From: Gemmatimonadales bacterium
Lineage (GTDB): Bacteria; Gemmatimonadota; Gemmatimonadetes; Gemmatimonadales; GWC2-71-9
Assembly (NCBI GenBank): GCA_045803455.1
Contig: JBJMPB010000125.1
Location: forward strand, 1 to 24,885
DNA: 24,885 bases
Reading direction: 5' to 3'
The notes beneath the pieces are model-generated. The model had not been told where the DNA came from. It did no database searches and was given only the letters and a program-made list of their open reading frames with translations. Shown here piece after piece: positions 16,292-24,182 of the stretch (position 1 is the first letter of the stretch; each line of letters opens with the position of its first letter). A program made the position numbers and the translations under genes.

Positions 16292-17464
16292 GTGCCGCTG
16301 TCGGATCTCTCGGAGCTGCTGCCCGCGGCTCCCTGGCTGCTCCCGTTTCTCACGCTGCCCCGGCTCGCTCGTCGTACTCCCAACCTCAGTGATGCGCCCC
16401 GCAGCTCCGGGCCGATGGTGTCGATCATCATCCCGGCTCGAAACGAGTCCAGAACGATACGCACCGTCATACAATCGGTGCTCGAATCGACCTATCAGCC
16501 GTTCGAGGTCTTGGTGGTGGACGATCGGTCCACCGACGACACTGCCACCCTGGTGCGCGGGTTTACCTCCGACACGCGACTCCGGCTGCTCAGTGGTGAA
16601 GAGTTACCGGCAGGGTGGTACGGAAAGCCCTGGGCCTGCTTTCAGGGCTATCGCGCCGCGCGGGGCAACCTCTTCCTGTTTACTGATGCCGACACCAGGC
16701 ACTATCCCGAGCTGCTGGAGCGGGCGGTAGGCGCGCTGCTTACCCAACGGGCGGACCTGGTGACGGTCTCCCCACGGCAACGCTGCATCACCTTCTGGGA
16801 GCGGATCGTCATGCCCCAGATCTGGTATCTGCTGGCGCTCCGATACACTCCGCGAAGTGTGAACCGAGCGCGGCGACCTCGCGATGTCATCGCCAACGGC
16901 CAGTTCATTCTGACCAGCCGCACCGCGTACGAAACCGCCGGTACGCACGCGGTCGTTCGCCATGAGGTGGCTGAAGACCTGGCCCTCGCCCAGACGTACG
17001 TCGGCAAAGGCCTCAGACTCCACTTCGCCTTTGCCGAGCGGTTGATGGAGACCAGGATGTATGAAGGACTTTCTTCGCTGATCGAAGGATGGTCCAAGAA
17101 CATCTATCTGGGGGGACGGCGCTCCTTCCCGGACGAGCCGTTCCAGCGATCTCTCGTTCCAGCGATGCTGATCATTGCCATGGTCTTTTGGCTGATTCCA
17201 CCTGCGCTCTTGATCTGGAGTGCCGCCGAAAGGTGGGTCATGCTTTCGGCCGCGGCAGCGGCCGTAAGCTTGTCCTTGGTATTCTGGATCGTGATCTGCT
17301 GCGGGATGCTGATTCCGCCACTCTATGGTCTGGGCTACCCTCTTGGGGCGCTCATGGCGCTCTACATCGTTCTTCGGTCCACCTGGCGGGGAAACCGGCG
17401 GGTAGAGTGGAGGGGTCGGGTTTACGGCGAAAGTACGAGCAGCGACAAGGTAGGAGAGCAGTAG
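16292..17464 (+). CDS. Membrane-bound GT2 glycosyltransferase, CrtQ/CruC/HpnB-like (isoprenoid lipid glycosyltransferase)
   Basis: IIIPARNE, VVDDRSTD, LPAGWYGKPWAC, FTDADT (DxD), ANGQ, EDLALA, RMY...GWSKN, C-terminal hydrophobic segments ending VEWRGRVY. Confidence 0.85.
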   Translation: MPLSDLSELLPAAPWLLPFLTLPRLARRTPNLSDAPRSSGPMVSIIIPARNESRTIRTVIQSVLESTYQPFEVLVVDDRSTDDTATLVRGFTSDTRLRLLSGEELPAGWYGKPWACFQGYRAARGNLFLFTDADTRHYPELLERAVGALLTQRADLVTVSPRQRCITFWERIVMPQIWYLLALRYTPRSVNRARRPRDVIANGQFILTSRTAYETAGTHAVVRHEVAEDLALAQTYVGKGLRLHFAFAERLMETRMYEGLSSLIEGWSKNIYLGGRRSFPDEPFQRSLVPAMLIIAMVFWLIPPALLIWSAAERWVMLSAAAAAVSLSLVFWIVICCGMLIPPLYGLGYPLGALMALYIVLRSTWRGNRRVEWRGRVYGESTSSDKVGEQ

Positions 17465-17480
17465 GGGCCGCCGCATCAGT

Positions 17481-18128
17481 TTATCGCCGGTCTACCACCA
17501 CGTTCTGCATCGGAATTCTGGCGCCGAGAAGACGTCCGTCGGGATTGAACCTCAGATCATAGCGGGTGTCGCCGATATCCATCCGCACCGAATCGGCACT
17601 TATCGGGGAGAGCCTGGCAACCAGCGTCTGCCCCCCTCCCAGGTTAAAAAACGGGACAGAGGACCCATGATTGGCGGCACGCGCCCGCCGCACGGCCTGC
17701 TCGATCAGCGCGAACGACAGGTTGAGGTAAGGAATGGCGCCCGACTCCGTTCCCATAACCCTGGTTACCAGCCCGCTTCTGCCAATCTCGTCCACCGCGG
17801 CACTGTCTTCCTTGAAGATCACCCGGGCCCGTTGCACGATTCTCGGCTGGCTCGTGCCGCTGTCGGCGCCTTCCTGAACGGTCACTTCGATTAATGGGAC
17901 GCTCCCATCGGGTGCAAGCACTGCGGCGTAGCGCTCTGACGTGCCCTTGGTGTTCCGTATGTTGAGGGTGCCTTCCAACTTGGTTGCCGTCCGGACGAAC
18001 CGCTCGGTCGCGACGGTGTCGGGCCCGCGAAGAACCAGGAACGAACCGCTGTCCGCGGCCGCCTGCGCCGAAAGATCCCCGCCTGTGCTGATCAGCGTTA
18101 TGACTGCAAGCAGAAATGATGTTTTCAT
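17481..18128 (-). CDS. Secreted beta-rich hypothetical protein
   Basis: ATG 18128 gives a signal-peptide-like MKTSFLLAVITLISTGGDLSA-Q; the mature region is mostly short amphipathic strands. The ORF-track start at 18203 is probably too early. Confidence 0.65.
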   Translation of the reverse strand: MKTSFLLAVITLISTGGDLSAQAAADSGSFLVLRGPDTVATERFVRTATKLEGTLNIRNTKGTSERYAAVLAPDGSVPLIEVTVQEGADSGTSQPRIVQRARVIFKEDSAAVDEIGRSGLVTRVMGTESGAIPYLNLSFALIEQAVRRARAANHGSSVPFFNLGGGQTLVARLSPISADSVRMDIGDTRYDLRFNPDGRLLGARIPMQNVVVDRR

Positions 18129-18248
18129 CGTGGAAATGTCCCCGCCCCCGTTCCGGGAGTCAATTCGATCCCAGCCGCAAGATTCCGATGACATCCTCAT
18201 CACTGGCCGCAGCTACCGTGGGCATCCGCTTTCGGCGATGGGCCACGG

Positions 18249-21200
18249 ATGGAGCTACAGCACGCACTGCAGTCGATCGGCTCCATTGCCGACTTGCCCG
18301 GCTTCATCACTACGCTGGGCCACTGCGCCAAGCTGGAGCCAATTCCGCACTCCGCCTGGAACAAGCCGGGATCTCGAACCTTCGACTTAACACTGGTAGG
18401 CCAGACCACTGGTCTTCCCTGGTTCGCCATAAACAGCACGAGGCCTGAGCGAGATGCGGTCCTGCTGGCCCGGCGCATCGCGCGTCGAGGCAAGCTCGCT
18501 GTGGTGCTGGCACTGGACAGCCAAGGCCGCCAGCTCGGAATATCGGTGGCATTTGGCAGCACTCCCGGCCTGCGAGTCAGCCTCAGCACCCCCGACGCAG
18601 AATCTCTGGCTTCTCTCGCGCGGCTTGCGGGTACCCCGGAAGGCGGCACACTCGCCTTTGCCGCTCGAGCAGCGGATGCACTCGCAACCGAACCGGTGGG
18701 AAGGCGCTTCTTCCGGGAATTCAAAGGAACACTCGACCGGATGGCCGCGGCCCTGCCGGAGCCCATGCCAAGAGCAGACCGGCACGCGGTTGTACTGCTC
18801 CAGCTGACGCGCGTCCTCTTTCTCTATTTCATCCAGAGTAAAGGCTGGCTCGGACAGCGAAGCCGGTTTCTGGCGGAGGAGGTTGACCGTTGTCTCAGCC
18901 GGGGCCGCCGTATCCACCGCGATTTCCTGCGGCCACTTTTTTTCGGCACCCTGAACCAGCCCCGGGCTGAGCGAAGCCAGACGGCCCGGCAATTCGGCGC
19001 CATACCATTTCTCAATGGCGGCCTCTTCGAGCCTCATTTGCTCGAGCGGCGTTATCGGGCCGATATCCCGAATCCACTGTGGTGTGATGCTTTCGACCGG
19101 CTGTTCGAGCGTTTCCACTTCACTGTTTCTGAAGGTACCAAACCAGGCAGCGTCGCCCCCGACATGCTCGGCCACGTCTTCGAGGGGGTCATGGACCCCG
19201 AGGATCGTCGGGCATCGGGCACGTTTTACACCCCGGCCGCTCTGGTGGAGCGGTTGGTAGATGCGGCATTAACGGTGGTGCTCGCCCTCCGAATGGGGTG
19301 CAGCGAGCAGGAAGCCGAGCGCCGGTTGACCGAGCAAGATCCCGCTGCTGCGCGCCTGCTCGACGGGATAACAGTACTCGATCCGGCTGTGGGTTCCGGG
19401 GCCTTCCTTCTCGGCACTCTGCACCGGCTCTCCGTAACCGGCAAACCCTCGGAGCACGCAGAACGGAAGCGCCGCGTTCTCCAGCAAAGCCTGTTCGGGG
19501 TGGACCGGAACGCCGCGGCAGTACGGCTGGCAGAGTTACGTCTGTGGCTGTCCGTCATTGCCGATGACCCCAGCAATTCTGCCCACGCGGTGCAGCCCCT
19601 GCCCAATCTCGACTGTCTGATCCGTCAAGGAGACAGCCTGTTCGATCCCGGAGGCCTCGACCTGTTTTCTGCCGCCTCGCGGCATGAGCCGGCATTGGTA
19701 ACCGAGATCTCGCAGGCGCGGAAACAGGTAATTGGCGCCACGGGATCACAGAAGAGGAGCTGGGTGCGCCAACTGCATCAGCTCGAAGCTCGAGCCCTGG
19801 GGAGCTCCCTTCGGCAGGCTGAGGAGCAACGTCGAGGCGTCATTGCAAGCTATTTGCAACTCGCCCGGGCTCTGGATCTGTTCGGCCGGCAGCGAGGACT
19901 GGATCGGGAGTTGCGCGCCGGCCTGAGCCAGGAACGCGCCGCTCTCCGCCGGCTCCGTCAGGGCCGCCGGCAGCTGTCCCGCCACGACGAAGTTCCCTGG
20001 TTTCACTATCACAGCGCGTTTGCGGACGTTTTCGCCCAGGGAGGCTTCGATCTGGTAATCGGCAATCCACCCTGGCTCCGCTCCGAAGCAATCCCACCCA
20101 ACGCTCGGAGGCAGATCGCTGACCGGTATCGCTGGTGGAGATGCCGCGGTGCTGGCTACGGCAAGTCTCCCGATCTGGCCATTGCCTTTCTGGAGCGAGC
20201 CTTCGAGCTGGCCCGGCCGAGTGGCACAGTAGCCATGCTCGTACCCGCCAAGATCGCTACCGCCGGCTATGCTGGGCGGGCCCGTTATGCGCTCGCCAGT
20301 TCCAAGACCCTTCATGTGCTGGCCAATGTCACCGGAACCCGTGAGGCAGCATTCGATGCCACGGTATATCCGCTGGCGCTGGTTGCCGGAAACTCGACTC
20401 CATCGCTCAACCAGTTGGTTCGCACACATCTCTCTTACGACACGGGAGATTGCCTCGAGCAAACAGAACTTCGCGGCGGGTCACCGTGGATCCTGAAGCA
20501 TGCCGGTGTCCAGGCTGTGTTAGTTGAGCTGGAGCAGCAGCAGCCTCACCTGGCCGAAAACATCAGATGTCATCTGGGGGTAAAAACCGGACTGAACCAG
20601 GTATTTCTCGATCCACCGGTAGATATCGAAGCGGAGCTCCTCCGTTGGGCGCTTCGGGGACGCGACATCAGGCCGTTTCGCTGCCGTTCCAAATTGCGGC
20701 TGCTCTGGACGCACGATGTCGGGGGACATCCGCTATCCCGCCTTCCACCGAGGGCTCAGGCCCATCTGAATCGGCATGCTGATGCGCTTCGGTCCCGCCG
20801 GGATTTTCAACAAGAGCCGTTCTGGACGGTGTTCCGGACGGCGCCCGCGGTGGCGCGGTACCGGGTGGTGTGGTCTGATCTGTCCCGGCAGCTCAAAGCA
20901 GCCGCCTTGACCACCCGAAACGATAGCCAGTGTATCCCGCTCAACACCTGCTATGTGGCGCCGGTCGCCAGTGCCCTGCAGGCTCACGCGCTGGCCGCCT
21001 GGCTGAATTCCACCTGGATCCGCGCGATCGCCATGCTGAGCGCGGTGCCGGCAGCGGGCGGATTCTTTCGATTCAATGCCGGGGTGGTTACAGCTCTGCC
21101 GCTCCCGCCTGCGGCACTGCGAGATCGAGACCTGGCCCAGCTTGCGCTCCGGGGCCGGGCCGGCAAGCCGGTTGGGACCGAGATCGACGCGCTAGTGGCG

Positions 21201-21278
21201 CATCATCTCAGTCTCGCGGAGCGTGCTCAAAAGGCCCTTCGTGATGCACTGGGCAGCTGCTCCATCGATCATCGCTGA
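18249..21278 (+). CDS. Type IIG / Eco57I-like amino-DNA methyltransferase (probably m6A) with TaqI-C-like target-recognition domain
   Basis: LTRVLFLYFIQSKGWL, LFFGTLN, IPFLNGGLFE, GTFYTP (motif X), VLDPAVGSGAFL (motif I, DPAVGSG at 19380-19400), LFGVD, GDSL, FDLVIGNPPW (motif IV, NPPW at 20064-20075), and a C-terminal YRVVWSDL...IPLNTCY region. Confidence 0.92.
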   Translation: MELQHALQSIGSIADLPGFITTLGHCAKLEPIPHSAWNKPGSRTFDLTLVGQTTGLPWFAINSTRPERDAVLLARRIARRGKLAVVLALDSQGRQLGISVAFGSTPGLRVSLSTPDAESLASLARLAGTPEGGTLAFAARAADALATEPVGRRFFREFKGTLDRMAAALPEPMPRADRHAVVLLQLTRVLFLYFIQSKGWLGQRSRFLAEEVDRCLSRGRRIHRDFLRPLFFGTLNQPRAERSQTARQFGAIPFLNGGLFEPHLLERRYRADIPNPLWCDAFDRLFERFHFTVSEGTKPGSVAPDMLGHVFEGVMDPEDRRASGTFYTPAALVERLVDAALTVVLALRMGCSEQEAERRLTEQDPAAARLLDGITVLDPAVGSGAFLLGTLHRLSVTGKPSEHAERKRRVLQQSLFGVDRNAAAVRLAELRLWLSVIADDPSNSAHAVQPLPNLDCLIRQGDSLFDPGGLDLFSAASRHEPALVTEISQARKQVIGATGSQKRSWVRQLHQLEARALGSSLRQAEEQRRGVIASYLQLARALDLFGRQRGLDRELRAGLSQERAALRRLRQGRRQLSRHDEVPWFHYHSAFADVFAQGGFDLVIGNPPWLRSEAIPPNARRQIADRYRWWRCRGAGYGKSPDLAIAFLERAFELARPSGTVAMLVPAKIATAGYAGRARYALASSKTLHVLANVTGTREAAFDATVYPLALVAGNSTPSLNQLVRTHLSYDTGDCLEQTELRGGSPWILKHAGVQAVLVELEQQQPHLAENIRCHLGVKTGLNQVFLDPPVDIEAELLRWALRGRDIRPFRCRSKLRLLWTHDVGGHPLSRLPPRAQAHLNRHADALRSRRDFQQEPFWTVFRTAPAVARYRVVWSDLSRQLKAAALTTRNDSQCIPLNTCYVAPVASALQAHALAAWLNSTWIRAIAMLSAVPAAGGFFRFNAGVVTALPLPPAALRDRDLAQLALRGRAGKPVGTEIDALVAHHLSLAERAQKALRDALGSCSIDHR

Positions 21279-23535
21279 AGAGCTGGTCGAGGTGCCGGAC
21301 CCTCTTCTCACTATCCTGCGCCCCGGACCATTGGCCTCCCCTGCGCAAATCGCGGCTCACCTGGCGCGCAGTCTCGGCCCGGTTGAGTCTCCCGCTCAAC
21401 CGCCCTCCTGGCTGCTGAGATGCCAGCAACCGAGCTTTCGCCGGGTGTTGGCAGCAATCGCTCGCTACCGTGGGGCACTCCTGGCAGACCCTGTGGGGAG
21501 CGGCAAAACGTTCGTTGCCCTCGCGGCGGCGGCGCAGCTCAACCAGAAAACAACGGCGTGCCTGGTCCCCGCGTCCTTGGTGTCCCAGTGGCATGCCACA
21601 GCTGCCCGGCTCGGTGTTGCAGTGGAGCTCTGCTCCCACGAGCAGGTCAGCCGGGGACGCCTGCCGCGCGGCACCCGAGGACTGGTCATTGTCGATGAAA
21701 GCCATCATTTCCGAAATCCGCACACCAGACGCTATCGGCACCTCGCTCCCTGGCTGACTGGCCGCTCCGCGCTGCTGCTGACCGCTACACCAATCGTTAA
21801 TCGAGCGGCAGATCTCGCCGCTCAGCTGCTGTTATCCATCCGAGATGATGCGCTGGCCCTCGAGGGGGTTAGCTCCATTCGGGCGCTGCTCAAGCAGGGG
21901 TGCTCGGCTCCAGCGCTGGGTGAGCTGGTGTTCGAGAACGACGCGGTAATCGAATCGAGGCCCCAGCGCGTGCTCGTGCGCCAAGCGGCTGATCCAAGGG
22001 AGTCCTTGGCCGCCGAGGCGGTGCTCGCGAAGGTGGGTGCGCTCAAGCTGTCCCGCTGCCGGACCACCGCCGAGCTGATCAGAGGGGTTTTCCTGCGGGC
22101 CGCGGCATCGAGCCCGGCGGCGTTTCGGGAGAGCCTCCGTCGTTATCGGCGGCTGCTGCTCCACGCGCGAGACGCGCTGAGGGCGGGACAGATCCTGGAC
22201 AGGAGAGAACTGAAACGCTTCACTCGCCAACTGGACGACCAACTGGTCTGGTGGGAGCTGCTGCCTGTGGCTCGGGCCGGGTCGGAGATCGAGCTGAGCG
22301 ACCTGGAGCAGCTGGAGATGATGATCCATCAGGTCGAAGATGTAGCTTCGAGACCAGACCTGAAGCTGGAACGCCTCCGCATCCTGCTGCGTGATGGCAT
22401 CCCAACGCTGGTGTTTGCCACCAGCCGCGCGACCGTGCGCTACTTACGCGACGCACTATCCGATCTCCGCGTCGCCTGGTGCACCGGCGATCGGGCCGGC
22501 ATTGGACCCGCCCCATTGCCGCGAGACAACGTGCTCGGCTGGTTCCGGGCAGCTACCTCTTTGTCTGAGGCGCCGAGGCATCTGGTTGTAACTGACGTGG
22601 CGGCCGAGGGGTTGGACCTGCAGCGGGTGGCCCGAGTGGTTCATTACGACCTTCCCTGGACCCCTATGCGGGTGGAGCAACGAGAAGGACGAGCTGTGCG
22701 CTATGGCTCGAGCCACCCGCGGGTAGAGGTCGTTACCCTGGCTCTACCCCAGCCGCTGGAACGGCGGATCCGCCTCAACGCCACACTGGCCCGGAAAAAC
22801 AAACTGCCTGCCGCGGTGGGGCTGGGGCTCTCGGGAAAACATGTCTGGCGCTGGCGAAGCGAGCTGGCAACCCGGTTCGAGGGGCTCCCTGAGGCTACGG
22901 GACTGGCTCAGGTGGTGAACTCATCGAGCGGACTTCTCGCGGGGTTCGTCTGCTGCCCATCGGGCCGCACCGCTGGCTCGAGCGGCACGATTCTGTGGAT
23001 TGATGACCAGGCCAACTGGACCGAGTCACCCGACGTTATAGGTTTGCGGCTCGAGTCTGCCGCCGCGCAACCGGAAACCAGTGAACCTGATCCTGCCCAG
23101 TTGCGGGCTTATCTCGCGGTACTGGCTAAAGCCATACGGGAGCGCCTCAACTCGACGACCGGCCGGCGCTGGACAGTTCCCGACCCGAGTCCCGCAGCTC
23201 GAGTGGTTCTGGCCCAGCTGCATGTGCTGGTGGGAGAAGCGGTGCGTCGCCATAACCCGGCGGCTCTGGCTTGGCTGGAGCGTGCAATAAGCTTTGTTGC
23301 CCGGGGCCACACTGCAGGTGAGGACGCGTTGATGGAACGGCTGGCCAAGGCCCGGCAAGGTGACCTCAAGGCTCTCATCCGGGCACTCCCTCGGGCAGAG
23401 CCGGCCCCCGATCACTTCGAGGTGACACTCACCGGTCTGGTCCTCTTCGGCCCTGCGAAAACCAACAGGGGCACGGTAGCTTCTCCGTCATGTCCCAGCT
23501 CCAAACGGTTCTCTTCGATCTCGATGGCACCCTGA
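21244..23535 (+). CDS. SNF2-like superfamily 2 helicase/translocase
   Basis: Motif I ADPVGSGKT (21484-21510), Ia LVPASLVSQW, II DESHH (from 21694), III TATP, V TDVAAEGLDLQ, YDLPWTP, VI EQREGRAVR. Start uncertain among 21223, 21241 and 21244; all overlap the methyltransferase 3' end. Confidence 0.9.
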   Translation: MHWAAAPSIIAEELVEVPDPLLTILRPGPLASPAQIAAHLARSLGPVESPAQPPSWLLRCQQPSFRRVLAAIARYRGALLADPVGSGKTFVALAAAAQLNQKTTACLVPASLVSQWHATAARLGVAVELCSHEQVSRGRLPRGTRGLVIVDESHHFRNPHTRRYRHLAPWLTGRSALLLTATPIVNRAADLAAQLLLSIRDDALALEGVSSIRALLKQGCSAPALGELVFENDAVIESRPQRVLVRQAADPRESLAAEAVLAKVGALKLSRCRTTAELIRGVFLRAAASSPAAFRESLRRYRRLLLHARDALRAGQILDRRELKRFTRQLDDQLVWWELLPVARAGSEIELSDLEQLEMMIHQVEDVASRPDLKLERLRILLRDGIPTLVFATSRATVRYLRDALSDLRVAWCTGDRAGIGPAPLPRDNVLGWFRAATSLSEAPRHLVVTDVAAEGLDLQRVARVVHYDLPWTPMRVEQREGRAVRYGSSHPRVEVVTLALPQPLERRIRLNATLARKNKLPAAVGLGLSGKHVWRWRSELATRFEGLPEATGLAQVVNSSSGLLAGFVCCPSGRTAGSSGTILWIDDQANWTESPDVIGLRLESAAAQPETSEPDPAQLRAYLAVLAKAIRERLNSTTGRRWTVPDPSPAARVVLAQLHVLVGEAVRRHNPAALAWLERAISFVARGHTAGEDALMERLAKARQGDLKALIRALPRAEPAPDHFEVTLTGLVLFGPAKTNRGTVASPSCPSSKRFSSISMAP

Positions 23536-24182
23536 TCGACTCGATCAGGCTCATTCTCGACAGCTATCACCATACGCTCATGCAGCATGATCTTCCGGCC
23601 CGATCGGACGAGGAGTGGCTTCGAGGAGTAGGCACTCCCCTGCATGTTCAATTCTCGCAGTGGCATGACTCCCCGGAGATGCTGGAGGCCATGATTGCTA
23701 CCTATCGAGAATTCAATCTCCGGCACCATGATCGAATGGTGACGGTGTATCCCGGCGTGGTGGAGGCGGTGAGAGAGATCAAATCGGCAGGAATCCAAAC
23801 CGGTCTGGTCACCAGCAAGAACCGGCAGGGCGCCCTGCGCGGACTGACGCTGGTTGGGCTGGAAGCGCTGATGGACGTGATGGTCTGCGCCGACGAAGTA
23901 AGCAACCCCAAGCCCCACCCAGAACCGGTCGAGAAGGCCCTGGCGCTGTTGGGAGCCGATCCACCGCGCACCGTCTACGTAGGCGACAGCATACACGACA
24001 TGCATTCCGGCCGAGCCGCCGGGGTCAAGACCGCCGCGGCGCTCTGGGGGCCCTTCGGGAGGTCACATCTGGCGAGTGCCGACCCGGACTACTGGTTGGA
24101 AAAACCGGAGGATCTGGTCGAGCTTATCATCGAGAAGCGTCGAGGATCTCCCTCAGTCTCCGCATCAGGGTCTCCACCGTAA
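23490..24182 (+). CDS. HAD-superfamily IA phosphatase (PpaX / phosphoglycolate phosphatase-like)
   Basis: Motif I FDLDGTLIDS, motif II VTSK, motif III KPHPEP, motif IV YVGDSIHD. Confidence 0.93.
   Translation: MSQLQTVLFDLDGTLIDSIRLILDSYHHTLMQHDLPARSDEEWLRGVGTPLHVQFSQWHDSPEMLEAMIATYREFNLRHHDRMVTVYPGVVEAVREIKSAGIQTGLVTSKNRQGALRGLTLVGLEALMDVMVCADEVSNPKPHPEPVEKALALLGADPPRTVYVGDSIHDMHSGRAAGVKTAAALWGPFGRSHLASADPDYWLEKPEDLVELIIEKRRGSPSVSASGSPP

Noticed and set aside
4248-17464. A carotenoid cluster linking the CrtC-like domain and the CrtQ-like GT2
   Set aside because: They are more than 10 kb apart with unrelated operons between, and no phytoene synthase or desaturase is present; both folds have non-carotenoid members.
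16604-17476. 290-aa minus-strand ORF
   Set aside because: Antisense to the GT2 gene; no motifs or start signals.
18387-20462. 262-aa and 238-aa minus-strand ORFs within the methyltransferase
   Set aside because: Shadow ORFs; no sign of an antisense antitoxin or controller protein such as a helix-turn-helix.
18249-23535. Calling the locus DISARM or BREX
   Set aside because: Core genes (drmA/B/C; pglZ, brxC) are absent from the window, and both flanks are unrelated genes.
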